Shown one piece after another: positions 1-10,000 of a stretch of DNA of 64,000 bases. The stretch's first letter is position 1, and each line of letters begins with the position of its first letter. Origin of the DNA: Bradymonadales bacterium. GTDB taxonomy: Bacteria; Bdellovibrionota; UBA2394. The notes under the pieces are model-generated. The model made no database searches. It saw only the letters and a list, made by a program, of their open reading frames with translations, and was not told the DNA's origin. Position numbers and translations under genes: made by a program. The stretch covers positions 13,013 to 77,012 of the forward strand of contig REDG01000024.1 in the NCBI GenBank assembly GCA_007693605.1. The letters run 5' to 3'.

Positions 1-912
1 CCATTTCTCGGCATCCATCGCTGCTTTACATCCACTCCCTGCGGCCGTGACGGCCTGTCTATAACGAAAATCATGAACATCTCCGGCAGAAAAAACACCC
101 TCAATCTCTGTCATGGTCGTTTCGGAAGACACTTTCAGATAGCCCTGTTCGTTCGTCGCTAGTTGACCTTCAAAAATCTTGGTGTTTGGAATATGACCAA
201 TCGCCACAAAGACGCCATCTACTTTGAGTTGAGCCTCTTCTTTGGTTTTGGTGTCCTGAATCTTCACGCCTTCGACCAGCTTGTCGCCGAAAATCTCAAC
301 GATGACCTTGTTGGTGAGAATCTCAATCTTTGGATTCTTCTGGGCGCGCTCCAACATGATCTTAGAAGCCTTGAACTCCTCTCGCCGATGAAGAATCGTC
401 ACCTTCTTACAAAAACGAGTCAGAAAATTCGCTTCTTCCATCGCCGAGTCACCCCCCCCGACGACGGCCACGGCCAGGTCTTTGTAGAAGGCCCCGTCAC
501 AGGTCGCACAAGTACTGACACCCTTCCCCATGAATTTTTTTTCCGACTCAATGCCCAGCCAACGGGCTGAGGCCCCACTGGCCACAACCACGGCCTTAGC
601 ATGAATCTCTTTCTTCCCAACCCATAGCTCAAAAGGCCTCTCTTTCAAATTGACCCGATCCACATTTCCCAAAAGAAACTTGGCTCCAAATCGTTCTGCC
701 TGTTTCTTGAACTTCTGCATCAGTTCAGGCCCCAAGACCCCGTCAGGAAAGCCAGGATAATTTTCGACATCCGAAGTCAAAGTGAGTTGGCCGCCAGGCT
801 CGAAACCCTCCACGACCAAAGGTGAGAGATTTGCCCTCGCCGCGTATATTGCCGCCGTCAAGCCGGCGGGGCCAGAGCCAATAATCACGAGATCTTCAAG
901 TTCCTTTGACAA
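1..912 (-). CDS. trxB: thioredoxin-disulfide reductase, C-terminus truncated by window edge
   Basis: Reverse-strand translation gives MSKELEDLVIIGSGPAGLTAAIYAAR at the N-terminus, the CATCDG redox motif, and YRQAVTAAGSGC..AMDAEKW at the window edge. TTG start at 912, preceded by a TAAGGAG Shine-Dalgarno sequence. Confidence 0.9.
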   Translation of the reverse strand, partial: MSKELEDLVIIGSGPAGLTAAIYAARANLSPLVVEGFEPGGQLTLTSDVENYPGFPDGVLGPELMQKFKKQAERFGAKFLLGNVDRVNLKERPFELWVGKKEIHAKAVVVASGASARWLGIESEKKFMGKGVSTCATCDGAFYKDLAVAVVGGGDSAMEEANFLTRFCKKVTILHRREEFKASKIMLERAQKNPKIEILTNKVIVEIFGDKLVEGVKIQDTKTKEEAQLKVDGVFVAIGHIPNTKIFEGQLATNEQGYLKVSSETTMTEIEGVFSAGDVHDFRYRQAVTAAGSGCKAAMDAEKW

Positions 913-1098
913 GTCGGCACTCCTTAACTTATGAAGATTTCACAAAAACATGACAAATTTGTCAGATTTTGTATGTTAAGCTCGGTTTTGAGCTTTTGAG
1001 GGTTTTTCTTCTCCCCCAGCGCTGTTATAGGGGGGCTCTCAAAGGGACTCAAGTAAGAAAATTCGGTAGAAGCAAGTTTTGGAGGTTGAAGGCAGAAA

Positions 1099-1338
1099 AT
1101 GGCAGATCCCGCAGACAAATGGGAAACGAATGTAGAGGGCAAATGGTACACCGATAAGCAGTGTATTCTGTGCAGCTTGTGCTGTGAATTGGCCCCGAAC
1201 AACTTCAAAGAAGCCGACTCTGGCGATCATGATTTTGTTTATAAGCAACCTGAGACTCCCGAGGAAGAGGCACAATGTCAGGAAGCCATGGAGCAGTGTC
1301 CGGTAGAAGCCATTGGCAACGATGGAGATGAGGTCTAA
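1099..1338 (+). CDS. small ferredoxin (single Fe-S cluster type)
   Basis: 79 aa with CILCSLCC....C...CP cysteine spacing and an acidic C-terminus. ATG start. Confidence 0.55.
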   Translation: MADPADKWETNVEGKWYTDKQCILCSLCCELAPNNFKEADSGDHDFVYKQPETPEEEAQCQEAMEQCPVEAIGNDGDEV

Positions 1339-1340
1339 AC

Positions 1341-1718
1341 TTGGAGACAGTGATCGAAAAAACCGACAAGAGACAGCATCTTCGTTTTGATGCCCGCATT
1401 GAGATTCAGTTTCTGAGTGGGCAGGAATACAAACTCGCCTACTCTAAAAATATTTCTAAAGGGGGGATTTTTCTTGAAGCCGAGTCTCTACCAGACCCCA
1501 ATGCAGTGGTTGAACTGGTTCTCGATCTGAGTGAACTCCATAGCGATCGGATCAGTTGGCAAAAGGAAAAATTAAAAGAGGTTAGAATCGAAGGTCGGGT
1601 CGTTCGACTGGTCACCGTTGCCGAAGGAGGCAAAACAATTCATAAGGTGGCCATTCAGTTCCTGAATATGCCGCCCTCAACTCAAGTCCTGTTTGACGAG
1701 ATTTATGAGAGCTTTTGA
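1341..1718 (+). CDS. PilZ-domain protein (c-di-GMP receptor family)
   Basis: RxxxR (RQHLR) and NxSxGG (NISKGG) PilZ motifs. TTG start 3 nt after the ferredoxin stop. Confidence 0.65.
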   Translation: METVIEKTDKRQHLRFDARIEIQFLSGQEYKLAYSKNISKGGIFLEAESLPDPNAVVELVLDLSELHSDRISWQKEKLKEVRIEGRVVRLVTVAEGGKTIHKVAIQFLNMPPSTQVLFDEIYESF

Positions 1719-2479
1719 TCTCTTTGGTTTTTGAAAGCCCCTTCGACGAACTCTAAGCTCCGAATTCCAAACCAACCGAAAGCCTCGCCATCCACCAGGG
1801 CGGTCGGGGGCTGAAAGCCTTTGAGCTCCTCTTCTTTATTCTCGAAGGGATAGGGTTCGGACGAAAAGAAGAAAGCAATTTTTGGTCTTTGCAAAAGCCA
1901 GTCGAGATCCACCTTTGGGTAGAGCTCCTCTGAAGGATAAGGGGTCAGACGAAAGCCCAACTTTTCAAGAAGGCTCCCAATAAATGTTTGTCTTTGAAGA
2001 ATCATCCAAGGCTTTCTCCAAACAAAATAGGCAATCTCTTCCACTTCCTCTGTCGGAGGCACAAACCAACGGATCAAGCCCGGAAAACTTGGATTCTCCG
2101 CTGAAATTTTTGTTTGAAGGGCAGAGAGAGAATCGATGGCTCTCCATCTCTCTGAGAACTCTTGAAGCTTTGGAGAGGAGATTTTAGAGGCCAACTCAGC
2201 CATCTGAGGGCCCAGGTCTGAGAGCTTTCGAATATGGCTGGCCCAGAACGGAAAGGGACAAGAGTCCGCCATTTCTTTTTTGTTTTCTTCTCGATCGAAA
2301 ATCACCAAGTCAGGCTGAACTTGCAGTCGGGACCAGTCGACCGACTTCGTTCCGCCCAGTACAGGGATCGAGGCCACTTCATTCTGCGGATGCAAACAAT
2401 AACGGGTTCGTCCAACCACATCAGCACCCGACCGAATCAGAGTCTCCGTCCAACTAGGCACAAGGGAGGCGATCTTCAT
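1703..2479 (-). CDS. BtuF/FecB-like periplasmic-binding-protein-fold protein (PF01497-like), no obvious signal peptide
   Basis: N-terminal KIASLVPSWTETLIRSGADVVGRT....PDLVIF pattern typical of class III substrate-binding proteins (cobalamin/siderophore). Confidence 0.45.
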   Translation of the reverse strand: MKIASLVPSWTETLIRSGADVVGRTRYCLHPQNEVASIPVLGGTKSVDWSRLQVQPDLVIFDREENKKEMADSCPFPFWASHIRKLSDLGPQMAELASKISSPKLQEFSERWRAIDSLSALQTKISAENPSFPGLIRWFVPPTEEVEEIAYFVWRKPWMILQRQTFIGSLLEKLGFRLTPYPSEELYPKVDLDWLLQRPKIAFFFSSEPYPFENKEEELKGFQPPTALVDGEAFGWFGIRSLEFVEGAFKNQRDQKLS

Positions 2480-2688
2480 TTTGTCAGTCCGCTCCTTTCC
2501 TCAAGAAAGGCCCCTAAGGGCCCGTCTACTTCAACCCGTATAGACCGCTTCTTTCCCTTTGGCTTTACGAAAATTTTTAGCCAAATCGCCCTGTACATCG
2601 ACCAGATGCCTGCCTATCTAGCTGAAAAGCTTGGTATTTTGAGCCTATTGTACAAATATATGAACTCATATATCCTAAGGAGGCAAAC

Positions 2689-3318
2689 TTGGCGCCAGAC
2701 AGATATCCGTATCTAGACAAGTGCGGTGACAGATATCGAATTGAGTCGGTGAGTGCTGAAGAGGCTTCAGAGATCACCAAGAGAACAAATGAAGCTGCCA
2801 AGTTTCAAGCAAAGAAGATCATTCGGATGCCTCATGCGATAAAGAACTTAAAAACACATGTTATTCAGGATTTTGGCTTCAAAGTTGTTTTAGTCGATCC
2901 CCCAATGCGGGAGTTCGAGGGCGAGAAAATCCTAGATATTGATATGCAAAAGCTTTCAGAGCTTGTCATGGATTTGCTTCTCGTGTCGCCAGAACGACTA
3001 ACGGGCAGCCAAGCGCGATTTATTCGTAAAAAGCTTCGAGTTACTCAAGAACAGATGGCCAGCGATCTTGGTCGATCTCAGCCCAATATTGCAGCTGATG
3101 AAGCTAAGGGAAATGAACCAGCCTTCGATCAAGACACGACACAACTTGCGGTAAAACTGTATTTTCTGAAGAAGCGCCGCAGCCAATTAATCCACGACCA
3201 CAAACACGCTAAGATTTTGGATCTGCCTCTCGAAGATTTGATATTGCCAGCTTCTGAGTATCGAGATCCGAGGTCATCGTTTGTCGTTGAGAAAGAGGCA
3301 TTGGCTCAGGCGAGTTAG
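2689..3318 (+). CDS. hypothetical protein with XRE-type helix-turn-helix
   Basis: LTGSQARFIRKKLRVTQEQMASDLGRSQPNIA HTH-like segment. The rest has no recognisable family. Confidence 0.4.
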   Translation: MAPDRYPYLDKCGDRYRIESVSAEEASEITKRTNEAAKFQAKKIIRMPHAIKNLKTHVIQDFGFKVVLVDPPMREFEGEKILDIDMQKLSELVMDLLLVSPERLTGSQARFIRKKLRVTQEQMASDLGRSQPNIAADEAKGNEPAFDQDTTQLAVKLYFLKKRRSQLIHDHKHAKILDLPLEDLILPASEYRDPRSSFVVEKEALAQAS

Positions 3319-3375
3319 TCTCGCCATCAACTGACTTGTTGAAGCCAGTCTCTAACTGCCTCTTGGCACTATCTC

Positions 3376-4905
3376 CTAGTCTAACTCCACCAGAACTTCG
3401 AGCGCTTTTCGGGCTTGAACAAGACCACAACCCGTAAAATCATCCTCTAGAGATTTTGCGCCCTGACACAAAGCCTTTCTCAAGTCTTTCGCTGAGCGAT
3501 GAGGCGCATGACTCCAAACGAGTGCGGCTACTCCCGCGACATGGGGAGCGGCCATCGAAGTTCCGTCCCAGGCCTCAAATCCACCCATTGTTGAGTCATA
3601 GAAATAGCTCAGTTCAATAAATCGACCGAGATGCTGATCTTTCAGGATTTTTCCCTGTTCTCGACTCATACTCAGAATAGGAATGTCGCTAAAATTTCCA
3701 GCACCCAAAGTTCCTCGAAAAGGCCCCTCTTCGTGATTGTAAACCAAGACCCCCAAAGCCCCCGATCTCTGCACATTCAGGAGCTTCTCCCAAAAGGTCG
3801 AGCCGCCTCGTTCACAGAGAACAATTTTCGAATTCCAACTTCTTTGCGTTCGCAGGCACCTTCCTCCATCGACCAAAACGGCGTGAGCTTGCCCGTAAGC
3901 AGAGCCCGTCATCGCCTCTAAATTAGAAAACTCGACAGCATCAGAGCGAACCACCACTTCAGTGAGACCACTGACGGTCGACCAGACCGCAACTCCAGGA
4001 GCGGAAATTTCAACTTCTTTGTTTCTTTGAGAGAACGAGGCTCGATTCAATCGCTCATCGATGGCCGCCACCGACATGACCGCCGGGTAGGAGGCCGGAT
4101 AAGACTTGTCGGTATTGCCGCGATTGCCCGCCGCCGCGACCAGTAGAATGTTTTCATTCAAAAGTTTTTCATAAAAATCTCTCTCAATCTTGGAAGTGTG
4201 AATGCCTCCTAAGCTCATATTCACGACCGTTGAGCCCGCCGCTCGACAGTCTTGAACGGCATCCATCAAATCGGAAGCGTAAATCCACCGACAGCTCTCA
4301 CCAAAAACTTGAACAATATGCAAAGGCAACTTTCCTTTCGAAACGACCCCTCTCATTCCATTGGGCTGCTCTCTTGCGGCAACAATGCCCGCCACATGAG
4401 TGCCGTGATTGCAGAGATCATTCATGGGATCATATTGAAGATTCGGGTGGGGGGTGAAGCTGACAAGCTCGTCGTAGAGCGCGTGGTGCAAAGGGCTGTA
4501 GCCGGAGTCAATAATGCAAAGCTTTTGGTTCTCAATCTGATCTTCGGATATCCCGTCTAGCCCAATCACCTCTCGACCCCAAGTTGAAAGCTTGGCCGCC
4601 CCAAGGCTCGGTTGCTGACTGAGCAGATAGCGCTTCGGATCTGGCTCAATCGTGGCCATGGGAAGTTTTACTCTGAAAAAATCGAGCTCTCTAGCGCCCA
4701 TGCTCACCGAGAGGATCAAACGATCTCCGTCTTGAATCTCTCGATTCACCTGAAACCATTGCCTAAGGCTCATCAACTGTTGAGAAGAAGTTCGGTCGAC
4801 TGAGATCAAGTAGCGTCCGGTCTCATTCGCCTCTAAAGAATGAACGGTGACCCCTGAAAGGAGCGCAAAGGATGACAAGATAAAAAGCTCGAATATATTT
4901 CTCAT
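3376..4905 (-). CDS. secreted subtilisin-like serine protease (peptidase S8)
   Basis: Signal peptide, then catalytic Asp (CIIDSGY), His (HGTHVAGIVAA) and Ser (GTSMAAPHVAGVAALV) motifs. Confidence 0.9.
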   Translation of the reverse strand: MRNIFELFILSSFALLSGVTVHSLEANETGRYLISVDRTSSQQLMSLRQWFQVNREIQDGDRLILSVSMGARELDFFRVKLPMATIEPDPKRYLLSQQPSLGAAKLSTWGREVIGLDGISEDQIENQKLCIIDSGYSPLHHALYDELVSFTPHPNLQYDPMNDLCNHGTHVAGIVAAREQPNGMRGVVSKGKLPLHIVQVFGESCRWIYASDLMDAVQDCRAAGSTVVNMSLGGIHTSKIERDFYEKLLNENILLVAAAGNRGNTDKSYPASYPAVMSVAAIDERLNRASFSQRNKEVEISAPGVAVWSTVSGLTEVVVRSDAVEFSNLEAMTGSAYGQAHAVLVDGGRCLRTQRSWNSKIVLCERGGSTFWEKLLNVQRSGALGVLVYNHEEGPFRGTLGAGNFSDIPILSMSREQGKILKDQHLGRFIELSYFYDSTMGGFEAWDGTSMAAPHVAGVAALVWSHAPHRSAKDLRKALCQGAKSLEDDFTGCGLVQARKALEVLVELD

Positions 4906-5093
4906 GAGACCCCCAACTTATTTTTTTCAGTCTAGCAAGAGAAAAATCAGGTGAGAGCGCAGCATAGAACTAACGCGACTGGCCGTCTCGAAGAGTCAAA
5001 CCCTCAAACACTTGAGTTTGTTTGAAAATTTTTTTTGACCCTAGTTTCTTTCTGCAGAAATCTCAAAAATTGTTTTTAGAGTCACTGGATTTT

Positions 5094-5318
5094 TCAAGCG
5101 TGCCGGTCAAACAGGAGACCTTTAGGGCTGCTATCTGCTAGCCCAAGACGAGCGCAGCGACTGTACTTCAGTTTGATCTGCTTCAAGTCGGCATGGGAAT
5201 ATCTCTGTCGTTTTTGAATGTCATCGATTTTAGGTGACTTAGCTTGTGCGGGATGCATCAATGCCGTGGGCACTCGATTGGATATCAGGTTCCACTTAAA
5301 GTAGTCATCAAAGCTCAC
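5094..5318 (-). CDS. small hypothetical protein (74 aa)
   Basis: GTG start preceded by a strong AAGGAGG Shine-Dalgarno sequence. Basic protein with no recognisable domain. Confidence 0.3.
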   Translation of the reverse strand: MSFDDYFKWNLISNRVPTALMHPAQAKSPKIDDIQKRQRYSHADLKQIKLKYSRCARLGLADSSPKGLLFDRHA

Positions 5319-5345
5319 GATCCACCTCCTTGCCGTCAGTTGGCT

Positions 5346-5765
5346 CTATTGTCTGGCACCACGATGGGTCTCGATCCCTGACCCAGTTTCTCTTACTTCA
5401 ATCTCTGAAAGATTTTCAAAGAGCTGCCGAAGCTCTTGCTCAATTTCTCTCTCTTGAAACAGCAGATGCTCCCCAAAAATACTCAACTCCCCCATGGCCT
5501 CTCTCTTTTGCGGGTCTCGAAGAATGTCGTAGGCGCGCCTAAAATCGAGATAGTCTCGTGTCGAACTTCGCCTCGATCGATCTGGATGGAAAAATGCGAG
5601 CCGTTTGCGAAAGGCGGACTTCAACTCAAGCTCCCGAAAGCCCGGCGAAACACCCATCAACTGGTAGGCCGTAATCATGACTCTTGAAGTCTGCAAAATA
5701 GGCGCCTGGCCGAAAAACTCAGAGATTTTAAGGAGCTTGTGCAGTTTCTTGCACAGATTGTGCAA
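5346..5765 (-). CDS. J-domain (DnaJ-like) protein
   Basis: YQLMGVSPGF..ELKSAFRKRLAFFHPDRS...YLDFRRAYDILRD with the HPD motif. Confidence 0.65.
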   Translation of the reverse strand: MHNLCKKLHKLLKISEFFGQAPILQTSRVMITAYQLMGVSPGFRELELKSAFRKRLAFFHPDRSRRSSTRDYLDFRRAYDILRDPQKREAMGELSIFGEHLLFQEREIEQELRQLFENLSEIEVRETGSGIETHRGARQ

Positions 5766-5791
5766 GCCCGGAACTCAATTGATGGGGCGCG

Positions 5792-6379
5792 TCAAGGTCC
5801 CCGCCGGATGACTTCCCTCAAAAGCCTTAGGCTTTCATCCACCGGAAGGCCGATCACATTGGTGAGTGAGCCCCTGACATCTTTTACAAAAATGGCAGCC
5901 TTTCCTTGAATACCATAAGCTCCTGCCTTTCCCTGCCACTCGCGAGACCTCAAATACTGATCTAACTCTCGTTTCTCGATTTTCCGAAACTCAACTCGGG
6001 TGCTCACTAATAGGCTTTTGGGCTTCTCTCCTAAAAAACCTAGTGAAACGGCCGTCAAAACCTCGTGACGATCTCCAGAAAATGCCCGCAAAATCTTCTC
6101 TGCCTCTTGTCTTGAATCGGGCTTGCCAACCACCCTCCCGCGAAACGAAATGCTCGTGTCTGCCGTCAATAGAAGAGTCTTCCCTCTTCCGCTCAATCGT
6201 CGTGACAGAGTATGAAATTTTTCAACCGCCATTCGGCGGGTGTAGACGCGAGCTTTCTCTGAGCTCTTCGGGCTCTCATCAATGTCGGCCTGAAGAATCC
6301 TCAATTGAAAGAAGGGAGCCAAAAGCTCCCGCCTTCTCGCTGAGCCTGAGCCTAGAATAAGTAGGGGTCGTCGAGGCAT
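5792..6379 (-). CDS. maf: Maf-family nucleoside triphosphate pyrophosphatase
   Basis: MPRRPLLILGSGSARRRELL N-terminus. Start taken at the internal ATG, 4 nt downstream of the yggS stop. Confidence 0.8.
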   Translation of the reverse strand: MPRRPLLILGSGSARRRELLAPFFQLRILQADIDESPKSSEKARVYTRRMAVEKFHTLSRRLSGRGKTLLLTADTSISFRGRVVGKPDSRQEAEKILRAFSGDRHEVLTAVSLGFLGEKPKSLLVSTRVEFRKIEKRELDQYLRSREWQGKAGAYGIQGKAAIFVKDVRGSLTNVIGLPVDESLRLLREVIRRGP

Positions 6380-6383
6380 GTCT

Positions 6384-7097
6384 CTAATCCTGTGCGGTCG
6401 AAGGCCTTGGGCCAAACAGAGCTTCGCCGATGCGAATGCAATTCGAACCTTCTTCAATCGCAATTTCGAAGTCTCGGCTCATTCCCATGCTCAAGTAACG
6501 AAAGTTTCGAGGCATCGAATGCTTCTCTTTCAGCCGATCGAAAAGCTCCTTCATCAACTTAAAGTGAGGCCGCAGCTTTTCAGGATCTTTGTAAAAAGGT
6601 GGAATGGTCATCAGGCCCGTTACCATGACCCCGTTCTCTTCCATAAACTTTGGAAAAAGCTCTTCGACTATTTTCGGCGGAAGTCCTGACTTCTGCCTCT
6701 CATTGCCCAGATTCACCTGAAGCATGATGGGCACCGGAGGTCTGGTGGGCTGCAACTTCTCTCTCAACCTGGCAATCTTTCTCGCCAGCTCTATCGAGTC
6801 TACGCTGTCGATTGAACTCACCAAAGGGAGCAAATGCCTAACCTTATTGGACTGAAGTTGACCTACAAAATGCCACTGGATCTCGACATCCTGACAAAGC
6901 GGCGCCTTCCCCAAAAGTTCTTGAGCGTAGTTCTCACCCATCTTCACACAACCCAACTCATAGAGATTGCGAATCGAAGTCACGCTATGCGCCTTCGAGA
7001 CAGCAATCAGGTCAATAGGTCGGACCCCGAATCGGCTGCGATGGGCGGCGGCTTGCGCCCTCTCTTGAATCGAAGCGAGTCTCTCTCTCAAAGTCAC
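6384..7097 (-). CDS. yggS: YggS-family pyridoxal-phosphate homeostasis protein
   Basis: IDLIAVSKAHS......WHFVGQLQSNKVR signature and length of about 230 aa. Confidence 0.9.
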   Translation of the reverse strand: MTLRERLASIQERAQAAAHRSRFGVRPIDLIAVSKAHSVTSIRNLYELGCVKMGENYAQELLGKAPLCQDVEIQWHFVGQLQSNKVRHLLPLVSSIDSVDSIELARKIARLREKLQPTRPPVPIMLQVNLGNERQKSGLPPKIVEELFPKFMEENGVMVTGLMTIPPFYKDPEKLRPHFKLMKELFDRLKEKHSMPRNFRYLSMGMSRDFEIAIEEGSNCIRIGEALFGPRPSTAQD

Positions 7098-7194
7098 AAG
7101 AAACAGACTATCTCTCAGAAGGGATTTTTTCGATCAATAAATGGAGTTCACAAGCCTTAAACAGGAATTTACAGTCTCTTCGAATTGAAGCAGC

Positions 7195-8163
7195 ATGTGG
7201 GGCATGGCTCGAAAGGCTCAAAGCTTGGCCGGTTCAGACCGGAAATCTCTTGAATCCATTGGAGTTTTATTCAAAGGACAAGACCTTAAGAGCCTCAGAG
7301 ATACAAAGCAGATCTGCCAGAAGCTTCTGCGAAGCTTTCCTAAACTTGAGATCCTGATTGAGAACAGCCCAAAGCCCGTTAACCGTTGGTCGCACTCAAG
7401 GCTCAAATGGATGTCCGCTGAGAGGATTCCCTTCCGAACCAGAACGCTTGTCGTGGTAGGAGGGGACGGCAGCATTCTACGAGCCTGTCGACTGCTCATG
7501 AAAACAGAGACCTGGGAGACATGCCGAGTTTTAGGAGTTCATTCAGGCACTGTAGGCTTTTTGGCCGCCATGAATGTAAAGGAGGCGTTGAAGAACCTGA
7601 GCTCTCTGCTTTCTAGAAAGAACGGACTGGTTGAAGAGCTTCGATCTTGTTTGCATATCAAGATTGAGAGGAATTCTAGAATCTTCAGAAATTTTCATGT
7701 CTTGAATGACTGTGTTTTGAGTAAAGGCAGCCTTTCTCGAATTTTTGAGTTCCAGGTGGAGGTCAATTCTGAGTTTCTTTCGTCTTACCGAGCAGACGGC
7801 TTGATTGTCTCACCCCCTACGGGCTCAACGGCCTATAACCTAGCTGCGGGTGGGGCCATCGTTCACCACGACATTCCTGCCGTGCAGATCACACCTATTT
7901 GCCCCCAATCCCTGTCGAACAAGCCGATTATCCTCTCTGATCGACATGAGATCAGTCTTCGTTTGGGGCGGCACTCCTCAGATGTGTACCTCACCATGGA
8001 CGGTCAAAAGGGCCTACGAATGGGCGACAGAGATGTGGTCCACATCACAAAGTCTGAGAAATCGATCCGTTTTTTAAATCTAGGGAGCCGAGAACTAAAG
8101 CACTACTTTGAATCGTTGCGTCACAAGCTGAACTGGGGTTTGCTGCCAAGAGGGCGCCCGTGA
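7195..8163 (+). CDS. nadK: NAD(+) kinase
   Basis: VVVGGDGSILRA and GLIVSPPTGSTAYNLAAGGAIV motifs. The true start may be internal. Confidence 0.9.
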   Translation: MWGMARKAQSLAGSDRKSLESIGVLFKGQDLKSLRDTKQICQKLLRSFPKLEILIENSPKPVNRWSHSRLKWMSAERIPFRTRTLVVVGGDGSILRACRLLMKTETWETCRVLGVHSGTVGFLAAMNVKEALKNLSSLLSRKNGLVEELRSCLHIKIERNSRIFRNFHVLNDCVLSKGSLSRIFEFQVEVNSEFLSSYRADGLIVSPPTGSTAYNLAAGGAIVHHDIPAVQITPICPQSLSNKPIILSDRHEISLRLGRHSSDVYLTMDGQKGLRMGDRDVVHITKSEKSIRFLNLGSRELKHYFESLRHKLNWGLLPRGRP

Positions 8164-8185
8164 TACCCTCAGAATAGGATTACGA

Positions 8186-8914
8186 ATGAATCTAAGGTCC
8201 TGTGCCATTTCAGATGTCGGTCGTAAGAGGCAAAAGAACGAAGACTCTTATTTGATCAACGACGAGCTTCGGCTCTTTATTGTCGCCGACGGAATGGGGG
8301 GGCATGCCGGTGGAGAATACGCCAGTCGCATTGCCATTACGACCATCGAAGAGAGTTTCAAGACGGCCAGTACAGAGCAACTGAATTTTCCTGAGAAACT
8401 CATCGAAAGCGCCATCGTTGAAGCTGGCGGAAAGATTGTTCAGAAAGCCGAAGAAGATCGAGCATTGCGAGGGATGGGGACCACCGTGGTGGCTTTGTGC
8501 TTTTCAGACAAGAAGGCGATCTTGGGTCATGTGGGAGACTCTCGAGCCTACCTCTTCCGAGATGGAATTTTAGAACAGCTCACCGAAGATCACAGCTTGG
8601 TCAACGAGCAAGTAAAGAGCGGCTTGATTAGCGCCGAAGAGGCTCGAAACCATCAGTTTAAGAATATCATTACCCGATCACTGGGCGTTACAGCTGAGGT
8701 AGAAGTGGACCTCATCTCAAAGAAGCTAAAAGCCGGAGATGTCATTCTCTTGTGCTCAGACGGATTAAGCAATCTTGTGGAGCTCTCGGAAATGGAAAAG
8801 GAACTTCGAGATCGAGAGACCGTTCTTGCCACCAAAGCTATGGTGGATTTGGCCAATAAGCGCGGGGGCGATGATAATATCACGACGATCGTGGTCGAAG
8901 TTGTTGAAGTTTAG
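8186..8914 (+). CDS. PP2C-family Ser/Thr protein phosphatase
   Basis: DVGRKRQKNEDS and FIVADGMGGHAGGEYAS motifs. Confidence 0.9.
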   Translation: MNLRSCAISDVGRKRQKNEDSYLINDELRLFIVADGMGGHAGGEYASRIAITTIEESFKTASTEQLNFPEKLIESAIVEAGGKIVQKAEEDRALRGMGTTVVALCFSDKKAILGHVGDSRAYLFRDGILEQLTEDHSLVNEQVKSGLISAEEARNHQFKNIITRSLGVTAEVEVDLISKKLKAGDVILLCSDGLSNLVELSEMEKELRDRETVLATKAMVDLANKRGGDDNITTIVVEVVEV

Positions 8915-9789
8915 TGCTGAATCATCTTGTCATCATCACAGGAATGTCCGGTTCAGGAAAATCGACGGCCCTGAATGCCCTCGAAGATCTTGACTACTAT
9001 TGCGTGGACAATCTGCCGATTAAACTTTTTGAGAAGTTTCTAGAGCTCCTCTCTGTGGGTTCTTCTGAAATTTCAAGGGCTGCTCTGGTGATGGACCTTC
9101 GAGACCAAGAGTTTATTCGGCTCTATCGAGAGAGTTTTGAACGGGCGTCTGCCCAGTTTGAAAGCTCACTCGAAATCGTCTTTCTAGATTCAACGGATGA
9201 ATCCCTCGTTCGCCGATTCTCGGAGACCAGACGAAAACACCCCGCTTCGTCAAAAAGTGTTTTAGAAGGAGTGCAGCTCGAGAGAAATTTATTGGCTGAT
9301 TTGAAAGAGATGGCTACGCGGGTGATTGACACTTCTGATATGTCTGTACATCGCTTGAAAAGCGAGATTGGATCGATTCCAAAGGATCGGGGACTCACGG
9401 AACTTCAGATCAACCTGATTTCCTTTGGATTCAAACACGGCACGCCCAAGAACATTGACCTGATGCTCGATGTTCGCTTTCTCTCGAACCCTCATTTTGT
9501 TCAAGAGCTTAAACAGCTTACGGGATTAGATTCTGAAGTTCAGGACTTTTTGCTTCGCGATCCAAAAACGCTAGAATTTCTGAATCGCAGCCTCGACTAC
9601 TTGTCGTACCTGATCCCCCATTACGCGGCGGAGGGGAAAAAGTATGTGAGCATCGGAATTGGCTGCACGGGTGGCCAGCATCGCTCTGTCTTCATTAGCC
9701 AGCGGCTAAACGAAGAGCTACAGGGCCGGCTCGGAGAGGACTTTTCGTTTTCGATCGAGCATCAAGACCTGCCGCTGATAAATGCCTAA
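8914..9789 (+). CDS. rapZ: RNase adapter protein RapZ (YvcJ family NTPase)
   Basis: P-loop VIITGMSGSGKSTALNALEDLDYYCVDNLP. GTG start overlaps the phosphatase stop by 1 nt. Confidence 0.9.
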   Translation: MLNHLVIITGMSGSGKSTALNALEDLDYYCVDNLPIKLFEKFLELLSVGSSEISRAALVMDLRDQEFIRLYRESFERASAQFESSLEIVFLDSTDESLVRRFSETRRKHPASSKSVLEGVQLERNLLADLKEMATRVIDTSDMSVHRLKSEIGSIPKDRGLTELQINLISFGFKHGTPKNIDLMLDVRFLSNPHFVQELKQLTGLDSEVQDFLLRDPKTLEFLNRSLDYLSYLIPHYAAEGKKYVSIGIGCTGGQHRSVFISQRLNEELQGRLGEDFSFSIEHQDLPLINA

Positions 9790-10000
9790 CCCGCTTGGCT
9801 CTGCCGTTAGGGCCCATCTGCCTTGTCAGCTTTGTCGCTCTTCTCCTCTCCCCTCCTCGCCAGTTTCCAGGGACAAGGTTCGCAATACCGCCGCCTTGTC
9901 TGGACCGATTTTAGAGAGAGCTTTTGTCGACAAAGGCCCATGAAAGTGGCATCTTTTGGACAAATTTAACGCCTTTAATTTCTGAAAGGATTGTTTTGAT

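Noticed and set aside
163-570. 135-aa plus-strand ORF
   Set aside because: It lies entirely antisense to the well-supported trxB gene, has no domain signal and has odd composition, so it is a spurious ORF.
2480-2690. Cobalamin riboswitch upstream of the BtuF-like gene
   Set aside because: No B12-box-like consensus was found on the relevant strand.
2234-2716. 160-aa plus-strand ORF
   Set aside because: It overlaps the minus-strand BtuF-like gene over most of its length, and the remainder falls in the upstream intergenic region. No Shine-Dalgarno sequence or domain.
9790-10000. SAM riboswitch in the 210-bp metK leader
   Set aside because: No recognisable SAM-I, SAM-II or SAM-V consensus elements were seen; only an unremarkable hairpin is present.
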